64,000 nt of DNA from Gemmatimonadota bacterium (GTDB lineage Bacteria; Gemmatimonadota; Gemmatimonadetes; Longimicrobiales; Gaopeijiaceae). The translations under genes and the position numbers were made by a program. This document shows, piece by piece, positions 39,408 to 48,613 of the stretch (position 1 is its first letter; each line of letters starts with the position of its first letter). Where the stretch lies: assembly GCA_034521595.1 (NCBI GenBank), contig JAXHMG010000002.1:1-64000 (forward strand), read 5' to 3'. Under the pieces are notes generated by a model. The model did no database searches. It saw only the letters and a list, made by a program, of their open reading frames with translations, and was not told the origin of the DNA.

Positions 39408-41672
39408 TCACGCTCTCCGTCGAGCCTCCCCGATGGCCTTCTCGAGGGACTCCACGGACCAGGGTTTGGCGAGGAAGGTGACGTTGTCGGGAAGCTGGGC
39501 GTGCCCCACCATCTGCGACACGTGACGGCCGCTGGTGAGCACGAACGGAAGCTCCGCGCCCCGCTCCCGACTCCGCTTCACGAGCTCGATCCCGTCGATC
39601 TGGTCCATGGAGATGTCCGAGATGACGAGGTCGTACTCGCCCGCCGCCTCCCCGAGCTTCCGGAGCGCCTCACGCGGATCGGCCGTCACCGCGACGTGAT
39701 GTCCCAGGCGCGTCAACACTCGCTCGGACGTGCGGCGAAGCGCCTCTTCGTCCTCCACGAGCAGGATCCGCAGAGCACCACCCGAGACCCCCGCCTTTCC
39801 GGGCACATCCGCGTGCGCAGGGGTAGCCCGGCCGGCAGTCTCCGAGGGCCGCGCGCTCCCGTGTTCCGCATCACCCGCTTCCGCGGCCTCGGACACGGCC
39901 GGGAGGTAGACACGGAAGCTCGTGCCCACGCCGACCTCACTGTAGGCATGGATATGTCCCCCCTGCTGACGCACCAGCCCGTGCACGGACGCGAGCCCGA
40001 GCCCCGTACCGACCCCCTCCTCCTTGGTCGAGAAGAAGGGCTCGAAGATCCGGTCGAGCGTATCGCGATCCATGCCGGTGCCGGTGTCGGTCACGGTGAG
40101 TCGGCCGAAGCGCCCGGGCTCGATCCAGGGCCGGTCCTCCACGAAGCTGGCGTCGGCCTCGATCTCGTCCACGCTCACCACGAGCCGTCCCCCTTCGGGC
40201 ATCGCGTCACGCGCATTGGACACGAGGTTGAGCAGGATCTGCTGCAGGGCGCGGGGATCGGCGTGCACGACGGGTCCCGTCTCCGGCAGCTCCATGACGA
40301 CCGCGACGTCGTCGTCGAGGAGCTTGGACGCCAGACGCATGCCCTCGCCCGCGACGTCGGACAGATCCACCGGCTCGATTCGGACCTCGGCCTTGCGGCT
40401 GAAGCGCATGAGGTTGGCCACCAGCTCACAGCCGGCCTGGGCGGAGCGCTCGATGTCGCCCAGAAGCTCCTCGTCGTCCTCGTCCTGGTCGTTCGCGCTC
40501 GCACGGAGTAGCTCCGCGTTCGTGAGCATCACGGTGAGCAGGTTGTTGAAGTCGTGGGCCACTCCGCTCGTCATGCGGCCGACAGCCTCGAGCTTCTGCG
40601 CCTGATGGAGCTGCGTCTCGACCGCCCGATGGTGCGTGACGTCGAGGAACGTTCCCACCCAATTCCCGGCTTCCCCGCCCTCCGTGGTCTCGACGGGCTT
40701 CCAGTGCGCGGTGAGCCAGCGCTGCCGACTCTCGCCATCCGCGTTGCCACGGGCTTCGAGAGCGAAGCTCGTGCGGCTGTCCGCCTTATCCCGCCACAGG
40801 TCCTCGAGCCGCTGGCGCTCGTCGGGATGGAGCATCTCCCACCAGGGACGCCCCACCCACTGGGACTCCTCCATCGAGAGAGCGCGCGCCCACCAGCGCG
40901 ACATCTCCAGAACCCGGCCGTCGACGTCCACCAGGAGGACGCCGGCGTCCGTGAGGCTCCGGAGGTTCTCCAGCCGACGTTCGACCCGGCCCCGCCGCTC
41001 CTCCTCCGCGGCCCGGTCCGCTTCCGCGCTCCATCGCCCCGTGATCTCGCGCAGGCGCGCTCGCCGGAGCAGGATGATTCCGACGCCCGTGCAGAGCAGG
41101 AACCCTCCCCACAACAGCATGAACGCTTCGTGGACGCGACCCGCGGCCCGAATCCCCTCCCTCACCTCGTTGTAGACGACACGCTCGAGCTCGGCCGCCA
41201 GGCTCTCCAGCTCGCTGAACCGCAGCCGCACGTCGACGGCGGAGAGCAGGGGGCCGTCCCCGTCCGTGAGGGTAGCCCGCAGCTCGCCGATTCCATCCTG
41301 GAGCGAACGGACGAGCTCCGACGCCTCCGGGACGTCGACCAGGCCATCGGCCGAAAAGCCGAGCAGCGCGCTTCTACCTCGAAGGAGATCCGACAGGCGC
41401 GTGGTCGCGTTGTCGAGCTCCGCCAACGAGCGAAGGGGCTCGAAGGTCGGATCACCCGTGGCGGTCCGCTCCCATGCCAGGTGCGCCCGCGCCAGGGCGA
41501 AGCGGGCCGTCATCAGGTTGTCCGTGGCAGCGACGGCCTCCTCGGTCCGGTCCGTGAAGCGCCAGTGCGAGGCCTCGAGCAGGACGAGCGAGAGCACGCC
41601 CAGCACGACGAACGCCACCATGCGGGGATCCCGCCAGCCGGACATGGCCTCCGGAGTATGCCGCCGGTTCAT
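39408..41672 (-). CDS. Hybrid histidine kinase (periplasmic sensor-PAS-HisKA-HATPase-REC)
   Basis: Two TM helices; PAS (HPDER); AHDFNNLL, NARDA, DTGTGM, GTGLGL; receiver LLVEDE, ISDISM. Confidence 0.93.
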   Translation of the reverse strand: MNRRHTPEAMSGWRDPRMVAFVVLGVLSLVLLEASHWRFTDRTEEAVAATDNLMTARFALARAHLAWERTATGDPTFEPLRSLAELDNATTRLSDLLRGRSALLGFSADGLVDVPEASELVRSLQDGIGELRATLTDGDGPLLSAVDVRLRFSELESLAAELERVVYNEVREGIRAAGRVHEAFMLLWGGFLLCTGVGIILLRRARLREITGRWSAEADRAAEEERRGRVERRLENLRSLTDAGVLLVDVDGRVLEMSRWWARALSMEESQWVGRPWWEMLHPDERQRLEDLWRDKADSRTSFALEARGNADGESRQRWLTAHWKPVETTEGGEAGNWVGTFLDVTHHRAVETQLHQAQKLEAVGRMTSGVAHDFNNLLTVMLTNAELLRASANDQDEDDEELLGDIERSAQAGCELVANLMRFSRKAEVRIEPVDLSDVAGEGMRLASKLLDDDVAVVMELPETGPVVHADPRALQQILLNLVSNARDAMPEGGRLVVSVDEIEADASFVEDRPWIEPGRFGRLTVTDTGTGMDRDTLDRIFEPFFSTKEEGVGTGLGLASVHGLVRQQGGHIHAYSEVGVGTSFRVYLPAVSEAAEAGDAEHGSARPSETAGRATPAHADVPGKAGVSGGALRILLVEDEEALRRTSERVLTRLGHHVAVTADPREALRKLGEAAGEYDLVISDISMDQIDGIELVKRSRERGAELPFVLTSGRHVSQMVGHAQLPDNVTFLAKPWSVESLEKAIGEARRRA

Positions 41673-42535
41673 GGCTCCGAGCCCTCCGGAACGTCCTCCG
41701 CGGAGAAGCCGAACGGCTCGAGCGCGGCACGATGCCCCGCCGAGCCCACGAACGCCTCCAGTCCCCGATCCAGGGCCGCGAGCAGCTCCTCGTCGCCCCG
41801 CCTGACGGCCAGGGCGCTGCACCCCTCCACGAGATCCGCGATGGAGTCGGACGGCGTGTACCGGTACCAGCGCAGTCCTTCGAGGGCGTCCTGCGATCCC
41901 TGGATGGTCGGCGCGGTGAGGGCGAGCGCTCCGGCACGTCCGCCGGCGAGCGCGGTGACGCCGGTCGGAAGGTCCGGGACCACGAGCACGCGCTCCTCCG
42001 GGAGGCCCAGGATCGACACCGCCGTGTGCTCGACCGAGCCACGAACCACGGCGACTGGACCGAGCTCCTTCTCGTCACCCTCGAGGAACGCCTCCAGCCC
42101 CTCCGGCGCCGGGCCGTCCGCACGAACGAGGAAGGCCGCCCGTGAACAGCTCGTCGGTCGGGTGAAGTCGGCCTCCTCCCGTCGGGTGGCCGACGGGAAC
42201 AGTCCGGACGCGACCACGTCCACGTTCCCCTGGGCGAGCGCGGGAATCAACTCCTCGAATGGCATGCGCACCCAGCGGACGCTGTCCACCTCGAGCGCGG
42301 GCAGCGCCCCCCGCAAAGCCGCCGGAGACTCTCCGACCACCCGGCCGGTCGAGTCGAGCACCGCGTACGGAGGCTCGTGCGCGTACGCGGCCCGAACGAA
42401 ATCTTCGCGCTGAACCCGCTCCAGGGTCGATTCCGCCGACGCGGAGCAACCCTGGAGGGGCACGAGCGCGCTCACGAGCAGCGCAGGGAGGAACCGCACC
42501 CGGCGATATGCCAACGGGTACCCCATGGACTCCAT
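41669..42535 (-). CDS. Family 3 solute-binding protein, ectoine/hydroxyectoine EhuB-like
   Basis: Lipobox-like LQGC; STLERV, AHEPPY, GESP, FEELIPAL; ATGA overlap with the kinase. Confidence 0.75.
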   Translation of the reverse strand: MESMGYPLAYRRVRFLPALLVSALVPLQGCSASAESTLERVQREDFVRAAYAHEPPYAVLDSTGRVVGESPAALRGALPALEVDSVRWVRMPFEELIPALAQGNVDVVASGLFPSATRREEADFTRPTSCSRAAFLVRADGPAPEGLEAFLEGDEKELGPVAVVRGSVEHTAVSILGLPEERVLVVPDLPTGVTALAGGRAGALALTAPTIQGSQDALEGLRWYRYTPSDSIADLVEGCSALAVRRGDEELLAALDRGLEAFVGSAGHRAALEPFGFSAEDVPEGSEP

Positions 42536-42686
42536 CCTGCGCGACTTCTCGCGAGAATGAGGGACGGGAACAAGGGATTCATACCACCATGCGTGGCGAA
42601 CGAAGGACGGCGCTGCGCCGTGGCCCGCCGCAAGTTAGGCCGTACGTGGGTGCGGGAGCAATGAACGTCACCCGTCCGGACGGTTC

Positions 42687-43679
42687 CTACAGCAGGACGA
42701 GCACGACGAGCAGGAGCAACATCCCGATCCACGACGCCACCGCGATCTTCCAAGCCTTCGTCGCGCGCTCCGCCTCCCACCACTTCCGGGGGCGCACCTT
42801 CTGCGCCAGGAACGTCACCACGCCCGCGAGGTTCACGCAGGTCACGTTCACGGCCACCAGCAGGAAGGCGCCATACGCGCCCACCAGATGGCCCGAGCCG
42901 AGCAGCAGGCCCGCCACGACCAGAGGGGGCAGGAGCGCCACCGCCACCATCACCCCGATGACCGCGGCCGACAGTCCCTGGGTGAACGCGAGCGTGCCGG
43001 CCGACCCGGCGGCGAGCGCGAGCACGATGTCCCCCAAGCCCACGGCCGTCCGGCCCGCGATCTCCGGGACGGTGGGATCGACCGGCAGCAGCAGCCCCAC
43101 CAGGACCGACAGCGTGAGGGCCGTGGCGACCCCCGCGATGTTCGCCTTGAGCGCGTAGCGGGCCAGGTCGACGTCCCCGAGCGTCGACGCGAGCGAAAGC
43201 GCCACGTTCGGGCCGAGAAGCGGCGCGATGACCATGGCGCCGATCACCACCGCGACGCTCGAGCTCATGAGCCCGACGGCCGCCACCAGGGTGGACAGCG
43301 CCACGGTCGTGAGATAGACGGTCGAGATGCGCGTCGCGTCGCTCAGATCCTGGTGCAGCTCTTCGCGGCTTATGCGCAGCGGGCTTCTCTCTTCCGGAGC
43401 TTCGGACGCTCCGGGAGTGCGCGCTTCTTCCTCCACCGCCGGCAGCGTCGCTTCCACGGGGAACAACATCATGCGGAAGCGCGGATCGCCGGAGAACCGC
43501 GAGGCGAGCTTGTCCGTGAATCCCTCGGTCTGCTCCGCGGTCAGCAACACGCGCACGAGCGATGCGTCCTCATCCACGGGCGAGGTCCAGACTCCCAGAG
43601 CCCCGTCGTCACCGATGCTCTCGGTGAGCGCCTCGAGGGCGTCGCGGGGCACGATCACCTCGATCAGGCGGAGCGACAC
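42687..43679 (-). CDS. TIGR00341/DUF389 membrane protein
   Basis: VVIGAMVIAPLLGP, ALAAGSAG, GVMVAVALLPP. Confidence 0.9.
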   Translation of the reverse strand: MSLRLIEVIVPRDALEALTESIGDDGALGVWTSPVDEDASLVRVLLTAEQTEGFTDKLASRFSGDPRFRMMLFPVEATLPAVEEEARTPGASEAPEERSPLRISREELHQDLSDATRISTVYLTTVALSTLVAAVGLMSSSVAVVIGAMVIAPLLGPNVALSLASTLGDVDLARYALKANIAGVATALTLSVLVGLLLPVDPTVPEIAGRTAVGLGDIVLALAAGSAGTLAFTQGLSAAVIGVMVAVALLPPLVVAGLLLGSGHLVGAYGAFLLVAVNVTCVNLAGVVTFLAQKVRPRKWWEAERATKAWKIAVASWIGMLLLLVVLVLL

Positions 43680-43706
43680 GGTGATGTCTCGGTGTGGGGG
43701 CGCGCG

Positions 43707-44360
43707 TCAACCGAGCTCGGCGGCGTCCACGATCGTCACCCCGGCCGCCTCCAGATCACTCCGCACGCGGTCGTCTTCGTCGGGCTGGACCCCTCGTGTC
43801 AGATCCCAGATGAAGAACGTGCTCAAGCCGGCCCCGACCGCGTCCTCCGCGGTCCACTTCGCGCACACGTCACGCGCGAGCCCGCACACGTACACGTCCT
43901 CGACGCCCCGCTCGAGGAGATACCCGGCCAGGCCGGTGGTCGGCCGCTCCCCTTCCGGATTCCAATTGTTGCGGAAGCCCGAGTACGAGTCCGTGCGTGG
44001 ATCGCTCCCCTTCCGGATGATCGCGGATACGCAGGTCCAGTCGATTTCCGGATGGAGCTCCGCGCCGGGCGTGCCCTGGACACAGTGATCGGGCCAGAGC
44101 ACCTGCTCGTGCCCGTGGAGCTGGACGACCTCCATGGGCTCCCGACCCTCGTGGCTGCTCGCGAACGAGACGTGGCCGGCCGGGTGCCAGTCCTGCGTGG
44201 CGACGTACAGGTCGAACAGATCCCGCCGGATCAAGCGGTTGACCGGCTGGAGGATATCGTCGCCGCCCTCGACGGCGAGCGCCCCGCCCGGACAGAAGTC
44301 GGGCTGGATATCGACCAGAAGAAGCGCGGACACGTCGGAACGCACGGTCTTCGAGCTCAT
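43707..44360 (-). CDS. pncA: Nicotinamidase/pyrazinamidase
   Basis: VDIQPDFCPGGAL, TQDWHP, WPDHCV, KG...DSYSGF, GLARDVC. Confidence 0.95.
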   Translation of the reverse strand: MSSKTVRSDVSALLLVDIQPDFCPGGALAVEGGDDILQPVNRLIRRDLFDLYVATQDWHPAGHVSFASSHEGREPMEVVQLHGHEQVLWPDHCVQGTPGAELHPEIDWTCVSAIIRKGSDPRTDSYSGFRNNWNPEGERPTTGLAGYLLERGVEDVYVCGLARDVCAKWTAEDAVGAGLSTFFIWDLTRGVQPDEDDRVRSDLEAAGVTIVDAAELG

Positions 44361-45790
44361 GAAGTTGTCTCCCGGTCTGTGACCTTTCTCTCGATGTCCT
44401 TCTGAAGCTGCCCCAGCGACTCGCTGACGTCCACCGCGTACGGCGGCGTGGCCGCTTCCAACTTCCGGACGCGCTCGGGAAGGCGGGCGAGCTCCTCGCG
44501 GGCCCGGCTCCTGGCGTCCTCGAGCGACGTCCGGCCGGCTTCGAGCCGCGCCCCGCCCTCCATCACCTTCTCCATGAGCGGCCGACCCGGGAGCGCCTCG
44601 TCCGCCCTGGCGATCACGTCGCGGACGGCGCCTCCCTCTTCCTCGATCCTGAACACCTGCTTCCGGCCCGGCAGAACCGGCTTGCCGGACGAGAGCTTGA
44701 GACGTCCCCGCCCGTCGTACTCCGTGAGCTTGTACGCCATGTCCAGGGAGGGCGCGTCCCGGCTCACGCCCATTCCGGTCCCCACGCCGAATCCGTCGAT
44801 CGGCGCTCCGCCGCGTACGAGCTCCCCGATCGCATGCTCGTCGAGCCCGCCGGAGGCGAAGATCTCGACGTTCCCCAGCCCGGCCGCGTCCAGGATCCCG
44901 CGCGTGGCCTTGGCCAGCTCCGCGAGGTCACCCGAGTCGAGACGCACCCCCCGCACCCGGAACCGGTCGCCGAGCTCCTCGGCCAACCGCACGACGTTCC
45001 GTACCCCGTCGAGGGTCTGGTAGGTGTCGACGAGCAGAATCGTGTCCGGGAACGTGCGCGTGAAGGCCCGGAATGCCGCCATCTCGTCATCGTGCGCCTG
45101 GACGTAGGAATGGGCCATGGTGCCGGTCACCGGTATCCCGTAGGTGCGCCCGGCGAGCACGTTGCTGGTGGCGTCGAGTCCCGCGACGTGAAAGGCGCGC
45201 GCCGACCGGAGGCCGGCGTCGGCTCCGTGCATCCTCCGCAATCCGAAGTCCACGACCTTCCGCTCGCCGGCGGCGTGCCGCACCCGCGACGCCTTCGAAG
45301 CCAACACGGTCTGGAGATGGATCTGGTTCATCACGAAGGTCTCGACGAGCTGGGCCTCGGGGAGCGACCCCCGCACCTCGAGGATCGGCTCGTCCGCGAA
45401 GACGGGCGTCCCTTCCGGAACCGCCCACACGTCGCCCCGGAAGCGCAGATCCATCAACCAGTCGAGGAAGGCCTCGTCGAACGGACCCATCGATTCGAGA
45501 TACGCACGGGCGTCGTCGTCGAAGCGCACCCGCTCGAGATACGCGAGGACGGTTTCCAATCCGCACGCCAACAGGTAGTTGCGGTCCTCGGGCAAGCGGC
45601 GCACGAAGAGGCTGAACACGGCCTGTTCCGCCATGCTCTCTGCGTAGTACGCCCGCAGCATCGTCAGCTCGTACTGGTCGACGAGCAATGCCATGTTGTC
45701 GGCCGAAACCCAGGGCATCGGATCGACGGAGCCCGTCGCGGCCTGACTCTCGCCGCTTCGGGGGTCTCGGATCTCGGTGGCGCGGGTCAC
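44357..45790 (-). CDS. pncB: Nicotinate phosphoribosyltransferase
   Basis: DQYELTM, DFGLRR, GTMAHS, LVDTY, VRLDSGD, SGGLDE, FGVGT. Confidence 0.95.
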   Translation of the reverse strand: MTRATEIRDPRSGESQAATGSVDPMPWVSADNMALLVDQYELTMLRAYYAESMAEQAVFSLFVRRLPEDRNYLLACGLETVLAYLERVRFDDDARAYLESMGPFDEAFLDWLMDLRFRGDVWAVPEGTPVFADEPILEVRGSLPEAQLVETFVMNQIHLQTVLASKASRVRHAAGERKVVDFGLRRMHGADAGLRSARAFHVAGLDATSNVLAGRTYGIPVTGTMAHSYVQAHDDEMAAFRAFTRTFPDTILLVDTYQTLDGVRNVVRLAEELGDRFRVRGVRLDSGDLAELAKATRGILDAAGLGNVEIFASGGLDEHAIGELVRGGAPIDGFGVGTGMGVSRDAPSLDMAYKLTEYDGRGRLKLSSGKPVLPGRKQVFRIEEEGGAVRDVIARADEALPGRPLMEKVMEGGARLEAGRTSLEDARSRAREELARLPERVRKLEAATPPYAVDVSESLGQLQKDIERKVTDRETTS

Positions 45791-46347
45791 TTGGCTCCTC
45801 CGGTGAGCTCCTCGAGCACTCGCGCATGCGTACGGAGCGCTCCCTGATCGTACAGCACGAAACGAATCCGCTTCACCGACGAGAGCTCCGGCGCGAGCGA
45901 CAACACGGTCTCCAGAGCCACGCGCGCCGCTTCCTCCATCGGATACCCGAACGCGCCCGTGGACAACGCGGGAAAAGCCACGGACGCGAATCTTCGTTCC
46001 TCGGCGAGGCGGAGCGCGTTACGGTAGCAGGCCGCGAGGAGCTCGTCCTCGGGCCGGTCCAGACCGTACACGGGGCCCAGACAGTGGATGACCCAGGGGT
46101 TGGGAAGCCGGTGCCCCGAGGTCACCACCGCTTCACCGGGAGCGATGGGCGCCATGGGCCGTCCCTCTTCGGCCAGGCCGGGCCCCGCCGCTCGGTGAAG
46201 GGCTCCGGCGACCCCACCCCCCGTGCGGAGCTCCGCGTTGGCCGCGTTCACGACCGCATCGAAACCGGGTTGCCCGGCGATATCCCCCATGGTGAGCTCG
46301 AGGCTCACGCCCGAAGCATCGTGCCGGATCGTGCCGTCTTCGGTCAT
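45787..46347 (-). CDS. Macrodomain protein (MacroD/YmdB-type ADP-ribosyl hydrolase)
   Basis: GDI, VNAAN, GGGVAGA, HCLGPVY, STGAFGYP. Confidence 0.93.
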   Translation of the reverse strand: MTEDGTIRHDASGVSLELTMGDIAGQPGFDAVVNAANAELRTGGGVAGALHRAAGPGLAEEGRPMAPIAPGEAVVTSGHRLPNPWVIHCLGPVYGLDRPEDELLAACYRNALRLAEERRFASVAFPALSTGAFGYPMEEAARVALETVLSLAPELSSVKRIRFVLYDQGALRTHARVLEELTGGAK

Positions 46348-46537
46348 CGACGCGCCTCCTCGTTCGAGCCGTGGAATCGCTCGCGTGTCGCAAGGATGAG
46401 AGGGTACCGGAAGGGAACGGAGGTGTTCCAAGCCTGGTCGGCAGGCCGACGTCCATCGATCTTCCGCGCCCTGCCGGGCACACCGGCGGCGCACGCGCTC
46501 ACTCCCGCTCACCTTCTTCACAGGTCTGTCGATCCCG

Positions 46538-47791
46538 ATGGCTCGTCCCTCCCGGCGCTTCCGCGGAGAGCCGCCCCTACTCGCCTACGGCGCGTCGTTC
46601 GCGCTCTTCTCGAGCTTCGGTCAGACCTTCCTCATCTCGCTCTTCGTTCCTTCCTTCGTGAGCACGTTCGATCTCAGTGACGGAGGGTTCGGCGGACTGT
46701 ATTCGGCGGCCACGCTGATCAGTGCCGCGCTCCTTCCCTGGGCGGGACGCCGATTGGACTACGTGCGGCTCAACCGCTTCAGCCTGGCGGTCGTCGCCCT
46801 GATGACGGCCTCGGCCCTCATGCTGGCTCTCGCCCCGAACGCTGCGGTGCTAGGGATCGCTCTCGTCGGGCTCCGGCTCGCGGGACAGGGGCTGTCCGGC
46901 CACACGACCCACACGGTCATGGCCCGGTACGCGGGGGCCCGACGGGGGTGGGCGCTGAGCGTCGCCGGCCTCGGCTTCCCCGCCGGCGAAGCCGTTCTAC
47001 CGTACCTGACCACCGTCGCCCTGCTCGGGCTCGGCTGGCGGGTCACCTGGCTGGTCTTCGCGGCGCTGGCCTTCGTCGTCTTCGCGCCGCTCCTCGTGGC
47101 CGTGCTCCACCGCGCGGAGATCGAGCTCGACCCGAAGAAGCTCGACGAGCACGCGGACGAGGGCCCGTCGCCCGGGAAGCGCGAGTTCGACGCCCGTGCA
47201 GGCGATTGGACCCGGGCGGCCGTCCTCCGGGACCGCCGGTTCTTCCACGCGCTGCCCTCGGCGCTCCTCCCGAGCTTCTGGCTCACCGGCATCTTCCTCT
47301 ACCAGACCCGAATCGCGGAGATGAAGGGCTGGCCGATCACGCTCATGGCCACCGCCTTCGTGGGCTTCGCCGCGAGCCGAATCGCGTTCTCGTTGTTGGC
47401 CGGACGCGTGGTGGACAGGCTCACCGCGCGCCGCGTCTACCCTTTTCTGCTCCTCCCGATGGCCGCCGCCCTCGCGCTCCCCCTGGCGGTCGACGCCCGG
47501 TGGGGCGCCTTCGGGCTGATGATCGGGCTCGGGGTGACGATGGGGATGGGCACGCCGGTCCGGTCGTCGCTCTGGGCCGAGCTCTACGGCGTCCGGCACC
47601 TGGGCGCCATCAAGGCGATGATCACCTCGTTCAGCGTGCTCGCCGCCGCCGGCAGCCCCGTGCTCATCGGGCTCGCCCTGGACGCCGACGTCGCTCTCGA
47701 CCACATCCTGTGGACGGGCGTCGCCACCACGCTCGCGGGATCCGCAGTGGCTTGGGGGCTCATGGTGGATTCGAACGACCCCGCGATATGA
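46538..47791 (+). CDS. MFS transporter
   Basis: SSFGQTF.IS.F, GRRLD, RLAGQG, WAELYG.RHLGAI; about 12 TM helices. Confidence 0.9.
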   Translation: MARPSRRFRGEPPLLAYGASFALFSSFGQTFLISLFVPSFVSTFDLSDGGFGGLYSAATLISAALLPWAGRRLDYVRLNRFSLAVVALMTASALMLALAPNAAVLGIALVGLRLAGQGLSGHTTHTVMARYAGARRGWALSVAGLGFPAGEAVLPYLTTVALLGLGWRVTWLVFAALAFVVFAPLLVAVLHRAEIELDPKKLDEHADEGPSPGKREFDARAGDWTRAAVLRDRRFFHALPSALLPSFWLTGIFLYQTRIAEMKGWPITLMATAFVGFAASRIAFSLLAGRVVDRLTARRVYPFLLLPMAAALALPLAVDARWGAFGLMIGLGVTMGMGTPVRSSLWAELYGVRHLGAIKAMITSFSVLAAAGSPVLIGLALDADVALDHILWTGVATTLAGSAVAWGLMVDSNDPAI

Positions 47792-47890
47792 CGACGACTC
47801 GACCTCCACGCGTCGTGTTCCGGCATGGAGGGGCCCGGCGAGACGTGTGAGCCTCCGATGGATCCGAACACCTTCCCCAAGGAGGCCATC

Positions 47891-48085
47891 ATGTTCGCCA
47901 AGTTTTCCCCCGCAGCGCTGCTCGCAGTTGCCACGCTGGTGTTTCTGATCGCACCGGATCGACCGGTGGCGGCATCCGAGTGCGGAGAGCTCCACGGCAT
48001 GCTCTGCGAGTCGGTGGAGGAGTGCACCGGCTTCTGGTTCTGGAAGTCGTGCACCACGTCCAACAGCTATTGGGGGGGGTTGTAG
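47891..48085 (+). CDS. Secreted four-Cys peptide A (64 aa)
   Basis: AAGGAGG SD; hydrophobic signal ending VAA; mature SECGELHGMLCESVEECTGFWFWKSCTTSNSYWGGL; paralog downstream. Confidence 0.85.
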   Translation: MFAKFSPAALLAVATLVFLIAPDRPVAASECGELHGMLCESVEECTGFWFWKSCTTSNSYWGGL

Positions 48086-48115
48086 ACGGACCGCCCCTAC
48101 ATCGACCGGAGCGCT

Positions 48116-48150
48116 CGAGGGGCCGGGGCCGGCGTGGCTCCGGCCCCTCG
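48116..48150 (+). terminator. 15-bp stem-loop between the peptide genes (no U-tract)
   Basis: CGAGGGGCCGGGGCC-GGCGT-GGCTCCGGCCCCTCG, one G-U pair. Confidence 0.6.
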
Positions 48151-48283
48151 TCACGTGCTCGCCACGCGCCGCCCGAACCCGTCCCATTCCGACATGGGTC
48201 AGCCCTCGGCAAGGCACGAGGCTACATGACCGGCTGGTGGGCCGGACGCCGTCACGGGACATCCCCAACTCACGGAGGTAGCC

Positions 48284-48478
48284 ATGTTCAAGATGCTCTC
48301 ACTCCCCACTCTGCTCCTGGCTGGAGCACTCGCTGTCGTATCCGCTCCGGGCACCGAGGTCGCCGCTTCCGAGTGCGGCGCCGACGGCCGCGAAAAATGC
48401 TGGGAGAACGAATCGTGCATTTACCTCCTCTTCTACAGTCAGTGCACGACGAAGACGAAGTACTGGGCAGGACTCTGA
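48284..48478 (+). CDS. Secreted four-Cys peptide B (64 aa)
   Basis: GGAGGT SD; signal ending VAA; mature SECGADGREKCWENESCIYLLFYSQCTTKTKYWAGL; gap-free alignment with peptide A. Confidence 0.85.
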   Translation: MFKMLSLPTLLLAGALAVVSAPGTEVAASECGADGREKCWENESCIYLLFYSQCTTKTKYWAGL

Positions 48479-48613
48479 CCCCGTACTGATCCGACGGCGG
48501 TGAGCACCACGCTCACCCGTCATGATGTTCGCGCCCGCGACGGTCCGGCCCACTACGTCGCTACCACGGCTCACGGACACGTCCGGGCCTCGGCCCGGGC
48601 ACGGAGGAAACAG

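Noticed and set aside
48072-48079. G8 tract as a phase-variation site in peptide A
   Set aside because: Encodes W-G-G matching paralog W-A-G at the extreme C-terminus; short for a high-GC genome
47891-48478. Bufferin/MNIO, lanthipeptide or ranthipeptide precursors
   Set aside because: No DUF692, LanM/LanC, radical SAM or RRE gene nearby; Sec-type leader and even Cys count favour disulfides
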